64,000 bases of DNA. It comes from Mytilus californianus. Lineage: Eukaryota. Of the stretch, positions 35,375 to 48,378 are shown one piece after another (position 1 is the stretch's first letter; each line of letters starts with the position of its first letter). Below the pieces are notes generated by a model, which worked only from the letters and a program-made list of their open reading frames with translations, did no database searches and had not been told where the DNA came from. The position numbers and the translations under genes are program-made. The stretch is from contig NW_026262679.1 of the NCBI RefSeq assembly GCF_021869535.1, positions 111,352,001-111,416,000 of the forward strand, written 5' to 3'.

Positions 35375-36200
35375 CATCAAAAACCGGGGTGAACGCCGGT
35401 GCTCCACAAGGGAAAGATGATCCTGTTTCACTGGTGGCAGCCGTCGTGTTACTTGTTGTAAGTAAAAGTAGGAAACCGTAAAAGTACATTGAAAAGTCGC
35501 ATTCGGTAATGTCACAATGGAGGAAAATAGAACAGGGTGTGGTTGGGAAAAAACTATACCAAGCGGAACATAGAACATATATATCCGTGATCATCTATGG
35601 CATAGATATTGCATAACGTTTAACCAAATATTTATGGCGTTAATAATTTTTTAGAAGGGATTTACTTAAACTATACCGTTTGGAAGCCTTGGAGCAATAG
35701 CTTCCTTAATTGTAAGCAGTAATCTTCTGTTAAAAATCATGAACGCAAGTCCGGGGATATCTTATCAACTGGGAGTTGCTTACTCCATGATGGCATCTGT
35801 TGGCGCTTATGGAATGTTGCTACACAGAATGGACATGACCAATGGTTTATCAACTTGAGATTTCTTAGAGTAAGAGAAGAGTCAATTACCAACCCCCTAT
35901 TGGAAAAAGTTGAAATCTTCTGTCTTGTCTTGAAATTTAGTTCTCAACCGATCCTCTTTTTTTTATTTATAGATGTAAGTCAAGATAGGAAGCAGACGTA
36001 ACTGTATCTGTGGTATCCTTTATTTCATGTCAATTGTGATAGAGCTTACCAGTAAAACATCCCTGAACTCGAAAAATAAAACGACCAGGAATACAACACT
36101 GAAAACTAAAGCAAAAGCAACACGAATGAATCCCTTTAAGCAAAACTACTCAGGTGCTTAAAAGGATAAGCAATTCCTGATGCATTAGTGTTGCTCATTA
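35375..36200 (-). mobile_element. Degraded Penelope-like retroelement fragment with terminal-repeat remnants
   Basis: The minus strand near 35970-36030 reads EIKDTTDTVTSASYLDLHL, typical of PLE RT C-termini; stops and frameshifts follow. Related motifs (ggtgctccacaagggaaag...cctg / caggtgcttaaaaggataagcaattcctg) at about 35380-35452 and 36140-36196. Confidence 0.7.
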
Positions 36201-36239
36201 TGTACGGAAAAATACGGAATAAGTTGCATTTGGAAATGT

Positions 36240-36460
36240 CACGATCGTAGAATATAAACGTGCTCGCTTTGAGTGTGAGAGGTTGAGTCGATCCCCGCTC
36301 AGTGGTTTTAACAAAAAGAATTCAAAACTGACATTTTCTGCTTCTCTGCCAATCTATGGCACGACATTTGGGAATGAGAACAAAGATTGTCAGCCGTCGG
36401 TTCATATTTATAATAACGTGTGTATGAGTATGGTAATATATCTACCTTTGAAGTTATCAT
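36240..36460 (+). mobile_element. Degraded copy of the same SINE family
   Basis: ctgcttctctgcc...gagaacaaagattg resembles the core of the 7018 SINE. Confidence 0.5.
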
Positions 36461-37146
36461 GTTATTAAAATATGTATCAGTGTGTCGATCTAGTTCAAAG
36501 CATTTGCATATAACTGATAACGCATATAACATTTGCAGTGGGCGAAAGGGGTGAGCAGGGACTTCCTGATTCCTCGCACTGCCCTCCCAAACTCCCATTT
36601 CCCTCTAGCTACTCTGGGCCAATCCCCCCTTTTCACTCTAAGACGAAATCGGTCAAAGAAACAGAGAAAATAATATTAAACAAGAGCTTATAGGCGAACA
36701 CAACAGTAAGCCTTGAGTAAGTTTGAATTTTAGAAATGATTGATACTAGTAGTAGCCAGACTGAGAGATGAATGATATATATAATATGTCTCTGTAGTCA
36801 TGGTAGTAGCCAAGCCAGTGGGAAAACTCAACTAAAATTTTGTTCAAATTTATACTGGGACTTAGATATCAAGCATTTCCTTAATAATAATATAAATTCA
36901 TTTTAATATTTGATTATAATCAGAGACATATATACACATGTGTATATATGTCTCTGATATAATATAGATTAAAACAGGACACTGATTGAATGATGTTATG
37001 ATAGAAAGAAGCGGAAAATCAACGTATTCGTCCCTGCTAGTACGCTTCACGATTGGAGAGGTCAAAATATAGCACATACATTGATAACACTGAACTTCAA
37101 ACTCTTGTTTTGTTGTTTATAACTTGGCAATCACAGAAGCCGCTAG

Positions 37147-37239
37147 ATGAAGTTGAAAGGAAAAGTAGCATTGATTTCAGGAGGCGCCCGAGGTCTTGGT
37201 AGAGCATACGCAGAAGCAATATTAAAGGCTAGCGGAAAG
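37147..37239 (+). CDS. HPGD: HPGD-like exon 1 (MKLKGKVALISGGARGLGRAYAEAILKASGK)
   Basis: 93 nt, Rossmann glycine motif, GTAACT donor. Confidence 0.92.
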
Positions 37240-40200
37240 GTAACTTCGTGTATGCAAAATCATTTACAACTGTAAAATTCGAGTTGAAGAAAGTTGGTAT
37301 TGAAGAATAAGAATAAACATTAATTTTTGACTTACTGGAACATCAATAATTCGAGATTAAAGCAATTAAATAACATTCATTTAGGGTAGGAGGAGGGTCT
37401 AAATTATAAACGATGTGTAATGCTTTGCCAAAATCATGAATATGTAGTATATATGATATTTTCAAAATATAATAACAGAGACATGTGATACAATCTCTGA
37501 TAATAACATGTATCAAGGTGAGTGCAAAATTGTCAAAGTTGTAAAGATTGTACAACCACTTTCATGTGAGTTGAAAGACAACTAAATTATAGAATTTTGC
37601 ATATTTCAATAAAGATCTAGATCGATTGTTTTCTACTATTTCACAATGCAAGATGATGAAAGACACAAATTCTACCTGTACACAAGTACTAAATATTAAT
37701 TTTTAAGTTACATTATTTTAAACATTTTTAAATAGTTCATTATATTATAATAATCTACAATGCAAGTGTGCTCTACATTAGTATTAGAACTATATACATG
37801 TATATGTATGAACAAATATTTTTGTCAGTTTTCTGGCATGCCACTAGTATAAATCTATGAGTATTTAAAATAAAAGAAGTGATTTCAAGAATTTATAAAA
37901 TAATGTTATGCTATCTCATATGAGCATATGTATAAATTATTATGAGTTAATCTTATGAATTTTCCATCATTATGTTTTTTAAAGAGAATTAATGTAATGT
38001 GTATTGTTTTCATTGTGTGTAACCCCCTCCTCACCTGTCTCGTCACGTAGGTACATGTGATGCCTTACATTTGATTAACCACCTGTAATGTTTATTTGTT
38101 ATGTTATTTGATAAAACACTTGTTATTTCAGTATGATAATGTGACATATTTTACTTATTTAAACACATGCATTTTTCAGGTATGTTTATGTGATATAGAT
38201 TCAGAGGAAGGATTAAAAACTCTGAAAAGATTTCAGACAACATTTGGTAATGACAATGTAATGTTTGTAAAATGTGATGTATCAGATCATGATAGTTTTG
38301 AAAGTAAGTTTGCTTCTTTTTCTATTTTAATTATTTATGTATGTAGTTTTGTTTTTTTTAGGGCGGGGGTGTGTGTATTAATAATCTTAACCTATAAAAA
38401 TAGGGGGAAATAAAATTGAGAATGGAAACGGGGAATGTGTCAAAGAGACAACCAAACCAAAGAGTAGAAAACAGCCAAAGGCAACCAATGGGTCTTCAAC
38501 ACAGCGAGAAAATCCTGCATCCCTCAACAAACATGTATACTAGTTCAGCGAAAATGGAAAGGACACTTGCTTCCTTCCCTTTTGTATTTAATCTTTAAAT
38601 CAAATTATTTGGATGTTTATCTGCTAGAAATGTAATACTGTATTTAAAGGAAAATCTTATGGAACTTTTGATAAGAATTTTATGTGTTAGTCTCATACAT
38701 ACCAAGCAGTTCAGAATCTTATGTGTTAGTTACATACACACAACACACAGTTCAGAATCTTATATGAGTCTCATACACACCACGAAGTTCAGAATCTTAT
38801 GAGTAAGTCTCATACACACCATGCAATTCAGAATCTTATGAGTAAGTCTAATACAAACCAGTCAGTTCAGAATCTTATGTGTTAGTCTCATTCACACCAG
38901 TCAGTTCAGAATCTTATGAGTAAGTCTCATACACACCAGTCAGTTCAGAATCTTATGAGTAATTCTCATACTAAACAGTCAGTTCAAAATCTTATGTGTT
39001 AGTCTTATACACACAACACAGTTCAGAATCTTATGTGTGAGTCTCATACACACAACACAGTTCAGAATCTTATGTGAGTCTCATACACACCACGAAGTTC
39101 AGAATCTTATGAGTAAGTCTCATACACACCATGCAATTCAGAATCTAATGAGTAAGTCTAATACACACCAGTCAGTTCAGAATCTTATGTGTTAGTCTCA
39201 TACACACCAGTCAGTTCAGAATCTTATGTGTAAGTCTCTTACACACCATGCAGTTTTGAATCTTATGTGTTAGTCTCATACACACCATGCAGTTAAGAAT
39301 CTTATGAGTAAGTCTCATACACACCAGTCAGTTCAGAATCTTATGAGTATGTCTCATACACACCAGTCAGTTCAAAATCTTATGTGTTAGTCTCATACAC
39401 ACCAGTCTGTTCAGAATTTTATGTGTTAGTCTCATACACACTAGTCAGTTCAGAATCTTATGTGTAATTTCATTGTTCATACACAAAATGGAATTGTTTA
39501 AATATTAATTGTTTAAGACAGAATCAGCCAATCACAATATTGTGATGCACACTTTTAAAAATACAAGTTTATTTTTTTAGCTCACTTAGCCTTAAAGGCC
39601 ATGCAAGCTTTTGCCATCACTAATCACTTGGCGTCCATCGTCGTCCTTCATCCTGAAAAAATTTTCTCCTCTAAAAGTACTGGGCCAAATATTACCAAAC
39701 TTGACCTGGATGTTCCTTAGGTCATCTTCTTTAAAATGTGGGGATTTGAACCACCATCAAACATGGCATCTATTTCTAATAATAGAACAGACGGGGTAAA
39801 ATGTAGTTTTTGGCTTATATCTCAAAAACTAAAGCAGTAAGAGCAAACCTGACAGGAATAAAATTATCAGCAGGTCAAGGTCTATCACCCGAGGAAATTT
39901 AAGGAAAATTGGACAATCCATTTAGGAGTTATTCTGAAATGTTAATTTTTTTAAAATTTCAAAGCTTTTGGCCTTTATCTAAAAAGCTAAAGCAATAAGA
40001 GCAGATCTGACATGGGTAGAGTTGATCTACAAGTAAGTCATAAAATTATGAACAAAGGGAGATAACTCCAATTCAAAATATTGCCTTAATGTGTTCAATC
40101 ACTACTTTAATTTAATGTTCAATTTTAAGTTCACATTGCAAAATGAAAGCAACCTTTACTCTTACAAAAAAGTACTATAAGGTTGCACTCTGTCAGATTG

Positions 40201-43200
40201 TCAGTTCATACCTCTGAAGATTTTGACATTATAGTTTTGCAGAGATGTTGTGGCTTGTGGATAAGAAATATCAAGGAAAAAATTCTGCAGAGGATCTCAG
40301 TTATTGAAAATATTTGCATTATAAGATAAATTTTCTTACCTGATTAATGATAAGATTTGAAATACCTGACTACATCCCCAACAACTCTTCCCCAATTTGA
40401 ATTGACATTTCACCAGCTCTAGCTCCCTTACAATCCAATACAAGTGCCCCATAAAAGTGTAAACTCATCCAGTGTTCCTATTTTGGCAAATATAATACCT
40501 TCAAAATGCTTATACATTTTTGCAGTTTTTTTTTCAGATGTATTTAAGCAAGCAAAAAGAAAATTTGGTGTATTAGATATTGTGGTAAATAATGCAGGAC
40601 TTCTTACAGAAGATAACGTGAGAAAAACAATGATGGTTAATTCAGTAAGTTCAATTTAGTTTCTTATTTAGTCAGAGTCCCTGCTAACATGTTTAGTACC
40701 ACCAGATTCTGTATGTGCCTTTCCCAAGTCAGGAGCCAGTGTAATTTAGTGGTTGTTGTTTGTTACGGTATCATATTTGTTTTTCGTTTATTGTTTTGTA
40801 TATAAATCAGGCCGTTAGTTATCTCATTTGAATTGTTTTACATCTGTAATTTCTGAGCCTTTAATTGCTTGCTTTTCGGCATTGGTTTTGCTTATTGTTG
40901 AAGGCAGTATGACCTATAGTTGCTAACTTCTACGTCATTTGGTCTCTGGTGGAGAGTTATCTCATTGGCAATCATACAACATCTTCTTATTTTTCTATTG
41001 GATGAGACTGTGAACTTTGAGATTCGATAAACAACATTTGAAAAAAATAAAAATCCATCTGAGCCTTTATTGGGAGAGAACAGTTACAGGTACCTGACAT
41101 TTTATGCAATAATAAATGTTATCTTCAGACAAATACTATTATTTCATCTGTGATTGGATTAAGATAGGGAAATGCTGACATGGAAGATTTACATGCAGGG
41201 AAATGACAATATCGCTTAATGATGTCCAGAATCTTTGGAACTTAATGGTTACAGCCTTGTCATTATATGCTTGCAAATTCAGTTTAAAAATTACTGTCAC
41301 TAGCAGTAAAACTTGTTTAAAACAAAATTATTTCTTTAAAAAAAAGAAAGGATCTTGTGTATACCGGTAGTTTATGACACAAAATCACTACACTGTTGAG
41401 CATACCATATGCAGAAGAACAGTGGTTTGATTGCTGTTCTCCATCTCAAAGTCACATTGAGGCCTTCACCATGGAACAAAAACTCTCACCTCACTGCAAG
41501 TTAAATATGGCCCCTTAAAGTGCATCGAAACACACAGCTGTGTGGTAATATCAACAAGTTATAAATTATATCTGGCAAAGAAATCTAGTAAATACTGTGT
41601 GTTTGTTTATTCTACATTGGCTAGAGGTATAGGGAGAGGGTTGAGATCTCACAAAACATGTTTAACCCGGCCGCATTTTTGCGCCTGTCCCAAGTCAGGA
41701 GCCTCTGGCCTTTGTTAGTCTTGTATGTTTTTTAATTTTAGTTCATTTATATGTTTTGGAGTTTAGTGTGACGTCCTTTTTCACTGAGCTAGTACACATT
41801 TTTATTTAGGGGCCAACTGAAGCCCGCCTCGGGGTGAGGGATTTTCTCGCTGTGTTGAAGACCCATTTGTGGCCTTTGTCTGTTTTCTGCTCTTTGATCA
41901 GGTTGTTTTCTCTTTGACACATTCCCCATTTCCATTCTTAATTATATAAATTGCCCAACATTCTTACTATAAAATACAGAAACAGCACACACATTTAGAC
42001 GATCGCAAGTCACATCTAGATATAATGTTATATTACTTGATAGGTATGAATAGGGCAAATAATATGGTTGGACTGCACACCAAATTTAGATCAACAAATT
42101 GGTCGAAATGAGAAAATATGTACAATACAATCAGCTATATTTAATGGCCGTACATTTTAACATACAAAACATAAGATCTAAGACCTTTTAAAACCGATTT
42201 TTTGTCTTACATCATGTGTATTCTTGAGATAACTTCTCTTATGTGTGCTTCTTCTCTAAACATTGAATAACTGTCTAAATTGAAAACAACGTTCAAACCT
42301 ATGATTGCGTTGGATAAAAACCGCAATTTTTATACGTGTGCATGCAAAACAAATTTCTTGTTAGAGGGGTCTAAATACAGCACAAACAACATATATATAC
42401 AACTCGTCTAAACATCAGCCCAACAATGTTAGATCTGTAAATTTGCTTTCGCAAATTTTTTGTTCTTCCCTCGCCGGGATTCGAACTCATGCTACTGAGA
42501 TATCGTGACACAAATCGCCTGCACTGTATCCGACGCGCTAGACCACACGACCACCTAGGCTTCACTAATATATTCCTAGTAAAATCTGATTTAATCCCTT
42601 CTTTGGACGTTCAGCTACATTGTTTTTATCAATTTTTTATGATGCTTATTTGAGATGTAAATTTAATTTTGTACATTTCTGTTCCTTTTTCACAGATAGG
42701 TGTCATAGAGGGGACACAGCTAGCTACACACTATTTAAGTAAGCAATCAGGAGGACAAGGCGGTGTTGTTGTCAATATTTCTTCTACTGGAGGTAAGTAA
42801 GGATAAAGTATGATTCAAAATATAAATAATAATATACGAAGTAGGTTCACATAGGTTAAGTATGGAGTCAGGACTCTAAACTTGCATGAAATTTTCATCT
42901 TGATTACTGTACTATTTATTTAATGAAAAATTCTGAAAATATGATTGACAATTATAAATTTAATGTTTCATGCTGTATTAATCTGAGGAATGTTTCATGT
43001 TACTTGATAAGCCTTCACATATAGAAAATGAGTATTTCACAACACAATTGAACAACAACATTCATTCATATTTCCTTTACAAACTTCTGGAATGTTATTT
43101 GCACCAATTTATTTTCAGGTTTAACTCCAGTATTCTACATGCCAATTTATGTAGCTTCTAAATATAGTATTGTAGGATATACAAGAAGTGTTGCTGTAAG

Positions 43201-44434
43201 TATATCTCTACAAGAAGCACAGTAAAACCTGTATTATCTAAATAAACCCTGGATCTAAAAAGAGTTGTGAATAAATTCAACAGACTATCAAAAATCTGCT
43301 GTCTGTCACTGAACAAAATAGCTAAAAAAACACTACGATATAGAAATAAAAAAGATGTGGGGTGTCAGGAATTTGAGCACGATTTCGTTCATGTAAACGT
43401 TGCTAACTGACACTTATGTATTATGACATTACTTATATAGCAATGGCTAGATGTTAAATAAACACGATGTATACTCACATTACGCATTTAGCTACTTTAC
43501 CCGACATGGGGTTTACATCAATAAGACAACAACCTAACAGGAAAAATAACTAAAATAAACATGTATGTACAGGGCAACATACAGTCCTCAACAAGCACCA
43601 ACAGGACAGGCACTTGAATATGTGGCAAGAGTTGGTTTTAAACTTCTTGCAGACAAACAGTTAAACATGCTCTTTTTCTCTCTTCAAACTTTTACAAGTC
43701 CTAGAGCTTGCATCTCAAATAAGAAAAATTATTAACAGACAATTTGCATGTTAGCATAAATTTTGATGCCTGTTTTGGCTCACTATAAATCATTGCAGTT
43801 ATTATGTTCTACAGCAAAATCCTGCCAACAAAGAAAGAGGGATGAGATATACTTGTTTGTGTCCAGCCTTTACTGATACTACCATGTTTGATAAGAAATG
43901 GTCCGATGAGGGTGAAGAACCACCACCAGGGATCAGTGAAGAAGAGAAAAAAGAGTTTCTACACCTAATAGAGACAACAGGTGTTAATACGTAAGTAGAT
44001 ACGATGAAAAATGTCAAAACTTGGTCCTTGGTAAACAGGAAACTTGTCTCAACTTTTTTTTATAAGAACATACATAGAATATTTATTAGTTATTTAACCT
44101 ATTAAGAATAATAAAAATCTAGTTTAAATCAGATATTCTATCAAAATGTTTCCACAATATAGATTTTACTATGCTCAATTTAAGTCTAAATATTTTGTGT
44201 TGTATTATGGTATGGGTGTGTCATTGCCTGTCTTACCTTTTGGCAACGACTTTAGTTATCTGAGGTTTATTTACTTCCTTTATAGAATATTATTTTTATT
44301 TCAGAGTAGAGGAAGTGGTGAAGGGATTTATGAAATTACTAGAAGTAGATGACAACAATGGTGCTGTGATGACAGTCACTAAAAAACATGGTGTTCAGTA
44401 TCGTCATGGAAAACCGTTAAGCCATAAATTATAA
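37147..44434 (+). CDS. HPGD: 15-hydroxyprostaglandin dehydrogenase [NAD+]-like short-chain dehydrogenase, 7 exons, 267 aa
   Basis: Exons 37147-37239, 38180-38303, 40538-40644, 42696-42792, 43119-43195, 43815-43990 and 44305-44434, all GT-AG, total 804 nt in frame. SDR motifs present: SGGARGLG (GxxxGxG), Asp36, NNAG, NISS (Ser138), YVASK (Tyr151/Lys155). Confidence 0.9.
38180..38303 (+). CDS. HPGD: HPGD-like exon 2 (VCLCDIDSEEG...VKCDVSDHDSFE)
   Basis: 124 nt, tttttcAG acceptor, GTAAGT donor. Confidence 0.92.
38690..39470. repeat. 39-bp minisatellite, about 20 units, in HPGD-like intron 2
   Basis: Unit cagttcagaatcttatgagtaagtctcatacacaccagt. Confidence 0.95.
39574..40030 (+). mobile_element. 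HINE-like element fragment
   Basis: tttttagctcacttagcc...ggcgtccatcgtcgtcc head followed by aaggtcaagg-type core sequence. Confidence 0.55.
40538..40644 (+). CDS. HPGD: HPGD-like exon 3 (VFKQAKRKFGVLDIVVNNAG...MMVNS)
   Basis: 107 nt, NNAG motif, GTAAGT donor. Confidence 0.92.
40690..40998 (-). repeat. High-copy interspersed repeat (same family)
   Basis: cccaagtcaggagcc...tctggtggagagttatctcattggcaatcatacaacatcttctt. Confidence 0.75.
41600..41943 (-). repeat. Related interspersed repeat, with an inverted partial copy at 38412-38560
   Basis: gcctgtcccaagtcaggagcctctggcc...tctcgctgtgttgaagaccca...ctttgacacattccccatttccattct. Confidence 0.7.
42273..42565 (-). mobile_element. tRNA-derived SINE in HPGD-like intron 3
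   Basis: Minus-strand head GTGAAGCCTAGGTGGTCGTGTGGTCTAGCGCG, B box GAGTTCGAATCCC (plus 42476-42488); its distal body recurs at about 48025-48142. Confidence 0.8.
42696..42792 (+). CDS. HPGD: HPGD-like exon 4 (IGVIEGTQLATHYLSKQSGGQGGVVVNISSTG)
   Basis: 97 nt, catalytic Ser region, GTAAGT donor. Confidence 0.92.
43119..43195 (+). CDS. HPGD: HPGD-like exon 5 (LTPVFYMPIYVASKYSIVGYTRSVA)
   Basis: 77 nt, YxxxK motif, GTAAGT donor. Confidence 0.93.
43815..43990 (+). CDS. HPGD: HPGD-like exon 6 (QNPANKERGMRYTCLCPAFTDT...TGVN)
   Basis: 176 nt, CPxFTDT motif, GTAAGT donor. Confidence 0.9.
44305..44434 (+). CDS. HPGD: HPGD-like exon 7 (VEEVVKGFMKLLEVDDNNGAVM...SHKL-stop)
   Basis: 130 nt, tttcAG acceptor, TAA at 44432-44434. 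Confidence 0.9.
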
Positions 44435-47400
44435 CTTGAAAACAGAATATTTTAATCAGATGAACTACTTAAACTGCCATTACTGATTGAATCCTTAAAC
44501 TGATTTGATATTTTACATGCATACTAAGTGTTCAGACTAGACTACTCAAGATATAATTTAGGTCTTTCCTGAAGATACAACACTTTGGGGTCTCTAATGG
44601 CAGTCCATAAAAAGTGTCTCAAGGTAGAATTTAGGCCTGTCCTAAGGAGAACAACTCTCTGGTGTTTCTGATTGCACTCCATTATCAGATGCTTGCCAAA
44701 CTAGGGATTAAAAGTTATTTTACTGCTAATCTTGTAAAAATTCACAATTAACAAGTAGAAAAATTTTAAGATTCTTTCTGATACAAAAAATCTGGTACTG
44801 AATACATTCTTTAAGTTTCAGGTCCCAGGTTTTATAAATCTTGTAAATTTTTTAAATTTTTATCAGGAGTTTCGATGAAATACATGCCAAACTGAGAATA
44901 ACTTCAATGAATGCCACTAATGCAGTTGGATCAACATGAGCAGTACATCCTTTCTATGATACTATGCATACATAATTATCACCTGTTAGTGATGCTAAAT
45001 ACAACATTTTCCTATTAAAATGAATATTAATGTTCATGCATATTATTCCAGTAAAATCCAGCACTAGTTTGAGAGGAAGTTCCCATAGTATTCCTATCTT
45101 TAAATTTGTACATGTATGATTGGTCTTGTGGAAAACCAAGGCACGGTCCCTGTCTTCCACAAATGTGGTTGGATGTCATTTTATTTTGTTAATTTTACTT
45201 ATATTTTGTGATAAATGAAATGAAATGTGTATATATATATATATTTTATATTATGGAGAAGGTAGGATATAAGTTCCTTGTAGTCTCCTTTTTAAGATAA
45301 AAAAATTAAAGTTTAGATTAAAAGATTACATGTAATACCAGTTCTATCATTAATAATGATAAAAAGAAGTATTTGTATTCTGTTACATAAAAATTGACTA
45401 GCTTTTGTCCATATCAACATATTTTTTGAAAGAAATATCTGATATTTGGATCTTTCTTGTTCTCTGTCTTATTTTACCCAAATTTATATTACTGTGGAGT
45501 TGTTATATTGAGTGGGATACCTATTTGTAAGAATTTTCTGGAATTTTAATGGTATGGGTGAACGACAGAAATTATTTCCTACAGGCTTGTATGTCTCCAT
45601 ATAAAGTATCCACGAAAAATACAATTTTAACCAATCCACAAAAATTGGTAATCACCGAAATTAATGAATCTAAAGTGTTCAAATATGTTGTTTTGCACCT
45701 CGTTTTGAAATAACTGGGCCTCCAAAAGAAATCCTTTTTTACCTTTTCCTGTAATTTTTGGTTGATTTTATCTAGATGTATTTGTTAACGATTATTAATT
45801 TGAAGTATTTATTGTTAATTAAATTCACCATGTGAAACATTTTATTTTTTTTACAATTTTTTATACAGGAATAAAGATATTAATCATTTCCTGTTGGAAG
45901 TTATGAATTATTATGATATATATATTTGATTCCTGTCGGACAAAACAATTTAAAAAAATGTTACCACAGACAACAGATGCTTCATAAATTTCACAAGATA
46001 TTTGACGACAGGAAAGTCTAGTAGAAAATTACATTCCTTCTTACAATCCAATTATCATCTGAAGATATGTATACAAGATGAATTTTTTAACATTTATCCT
46101 TAAAAAGTTAATTTAAAACAACAGAAGACATAACTTGTAAATGGCAAACCTTGATTGAAAGACTAGATTTTGGCCAAAGGGTTTGACCTTATCAACAGTA
46201 TTACTTGAAAATCATCAATGTACTCTTATCATTGAAAATCATACAATATGAATAATAATTGATGTGGGGGAAAAGTCACTGAGACAGAAACCCAATGACA
46301 CAAATAACCAAAAAACATCTGCAGGTCAATGTCATACATTGAATTTGACATTGACATTGTCTCGTTCAAATCTGTAAAAAGTGTTTCGTTTCAAAGCCTC
46401 TTCAGACTAATAATAGATAAGAGAGATATATAATTCACAATATTCTCTTTTACAATGCTATTCCTCCTTACCAGCAAAATAATGTTTTATGAAAAGGGTG
46501 GTCTTTAGTGTGAAGTCTAATTTAGGTCAGAAATACTAATCCAAAGACTGATTGCAGTAACCTTTCATGAGTTTGGTCCAAGTGTAAATCCTTGCTGTGA
46601 CTTTGAGATAAAGAATGATAATAGTAGTTTTTTTGCTTTGGGTTTTGTCAAGTGTTTGTCCTCATTGATTTACTATGTCTTTTCTTTCCACTTTTTTACA
46701 GCATGTCCCTATTTTTTCATTCTAGAGGTTGATAAGCTCGGAATTAACTTAAGTGTTCCTTAAACTTAGATTTCACTAAGAATTCCCTTAGTTAAGTAAA
46801 ATTCTTAAGTGGTATGCATAAAATTACTTAAGTCATCACTTAACTTAGGAATACTTAAATCGGAACCTTTCTCTAATTACCGTATGACATATGTTACTCA
46901 TCGCATGTACTCATCCGTGTAAAAGTTTGTTTTGATTATTTACATTGATTGAACAATACGTTTAGCACATACTTAGAACTTCTCGTCCAATCAAATTGCT
47001 AGAATTTGCCTTCTAATTTTCATAGTACATACTTTTTCCATGTACTAAGTAACTACGCATGAATGCCCACAAGGGTAAGATTTCATTGTATCGTTATCAA
47101 GATGTTAAAACAAAATTGCCACTGGCTATTTTGAAATAAAATGCTGTGTTCCAAATTAAATTAAATAGTTTGTAATATAGTTTTCACGTTGATTTTTAAA
47201 TATCCTGCTATTAAAATCTTTGGATCTAAAAAATGTTTTTAACGATTGCAAGTTTCTTTCATTTAAATAAAAGAGTAACAAATATGGTTCTTTATACCTT
47301 GATAAGAGTACAACGCCATCTTGAAATTGTGATAATTTATCATCCATGCAATTACTTTGTACACAAAAAAGTGTGTACTATGAAACCTTGTGAAGGGAAA

Positions 47401-47544
47401 TTCAGGCAACTTGATCTATTTCGTCATGAATTGATTGATTGATTAATTATTGGTTGCTTAATGTCCAGTGGCAAATATTTCATGTATGTTCAGGACGATG
47501 TCATGAATTGCAAAACCGTAATAATGTCTGAAGAGAATATGCCA

Positions 47545-47546
<2 letters not shown>

Positions 47547-47592
<46 letters not shown>
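47547..47592. repeat. (TA)23 microsatellite
   Basis: Uninterrupted TA run of 46 bp. Confidence 0.97.
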
Positions 47593-47594
<2 letters not shown>

Positions 47595-48378
47595 AACAAC
47601 ATTTTCCAAAAGAACAAAAGAGTGTACAAAAACGTATATTTTAACAAAACGCATTTGACTAACAGGTCGAACAACAAATGTTCTTAAACCCTGCTGACTG
47701 CCATTGGCGATTGCCAAATTAACGGATCACAAGGTGTAATAAATGGTTCTTAATTATAAATTTAATACCAAACAGAAAACAATAAACTTGCGGCAAAGAT
47801 GGTTTACCGCAAACAAAGGTGCAAAGATTTTTGTACACCATATCCGGATTTCGACAATTAATGTCTCTTCAGTGATGTTAGGAATCGAAACAGTATTCGG
47901 AAGGCCATGTAATTTACCTCAATTTAGGATAGACTCTTGAATTTTGAGGAGTCAAATTAGGATGAACGGATCATATAAACCCGAAGGCAAATATAATACA
48001 AGCCCAAACGAAAAAATATAAACAAGTCTAAATTGAAAACAACGTTCAAACCTATGATTGCGTTGAATAAAAACCGCAATTTTTATACGTGTGTATGCAA
48101 AACAATTTCTTGTTAGAGGGGTCTAAATACAGCACAAACAACATTTTCCAAAAGACCAAAAGAGTGGAAAAGTATATTTTAACAAAACGCATTTGACTAA
48201 CAGGTCGAACAACAATTGTTCTTAAACCCTGCTGACTGCCATTGGCGATTGCCAAATAAACGGATCACAAGGTGTAATAAATGGATCTTAATTATAAATT
48301 TAATACCAAACAGAAAACAATAAACTTGCGGCAAAGATGGTATACCGCAAACAAAGGTGCAAAGATTTTTGTACACCA
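47591..48378. repeat. Direct duplication of about 255 bp (47591-47850 and 48130-48378)
   Basis: caaacaacattttccaaaaga...gcaaagatttttgtacaccat occurs twice. Confidence 0.9.

Noticed and set aside
35244-35594. 116-aa and 88-aa minus-strand ORFs
   Set aside because: They span the junction of a ggatccgcccct-type repeat and a Penelope-associated terminal repeat.
36140-36200. Hammerhead ribozyme in the Penelope-like terminal repeat
   Set aside because: It contains CTGATGC rather than CTGANGA, and I could not find a correctly paired GAAA core.
42470-42565. tRNA gene on the minus strand
   Set aside because: SINE head with an atypical spacer and no proper acceptor stem.
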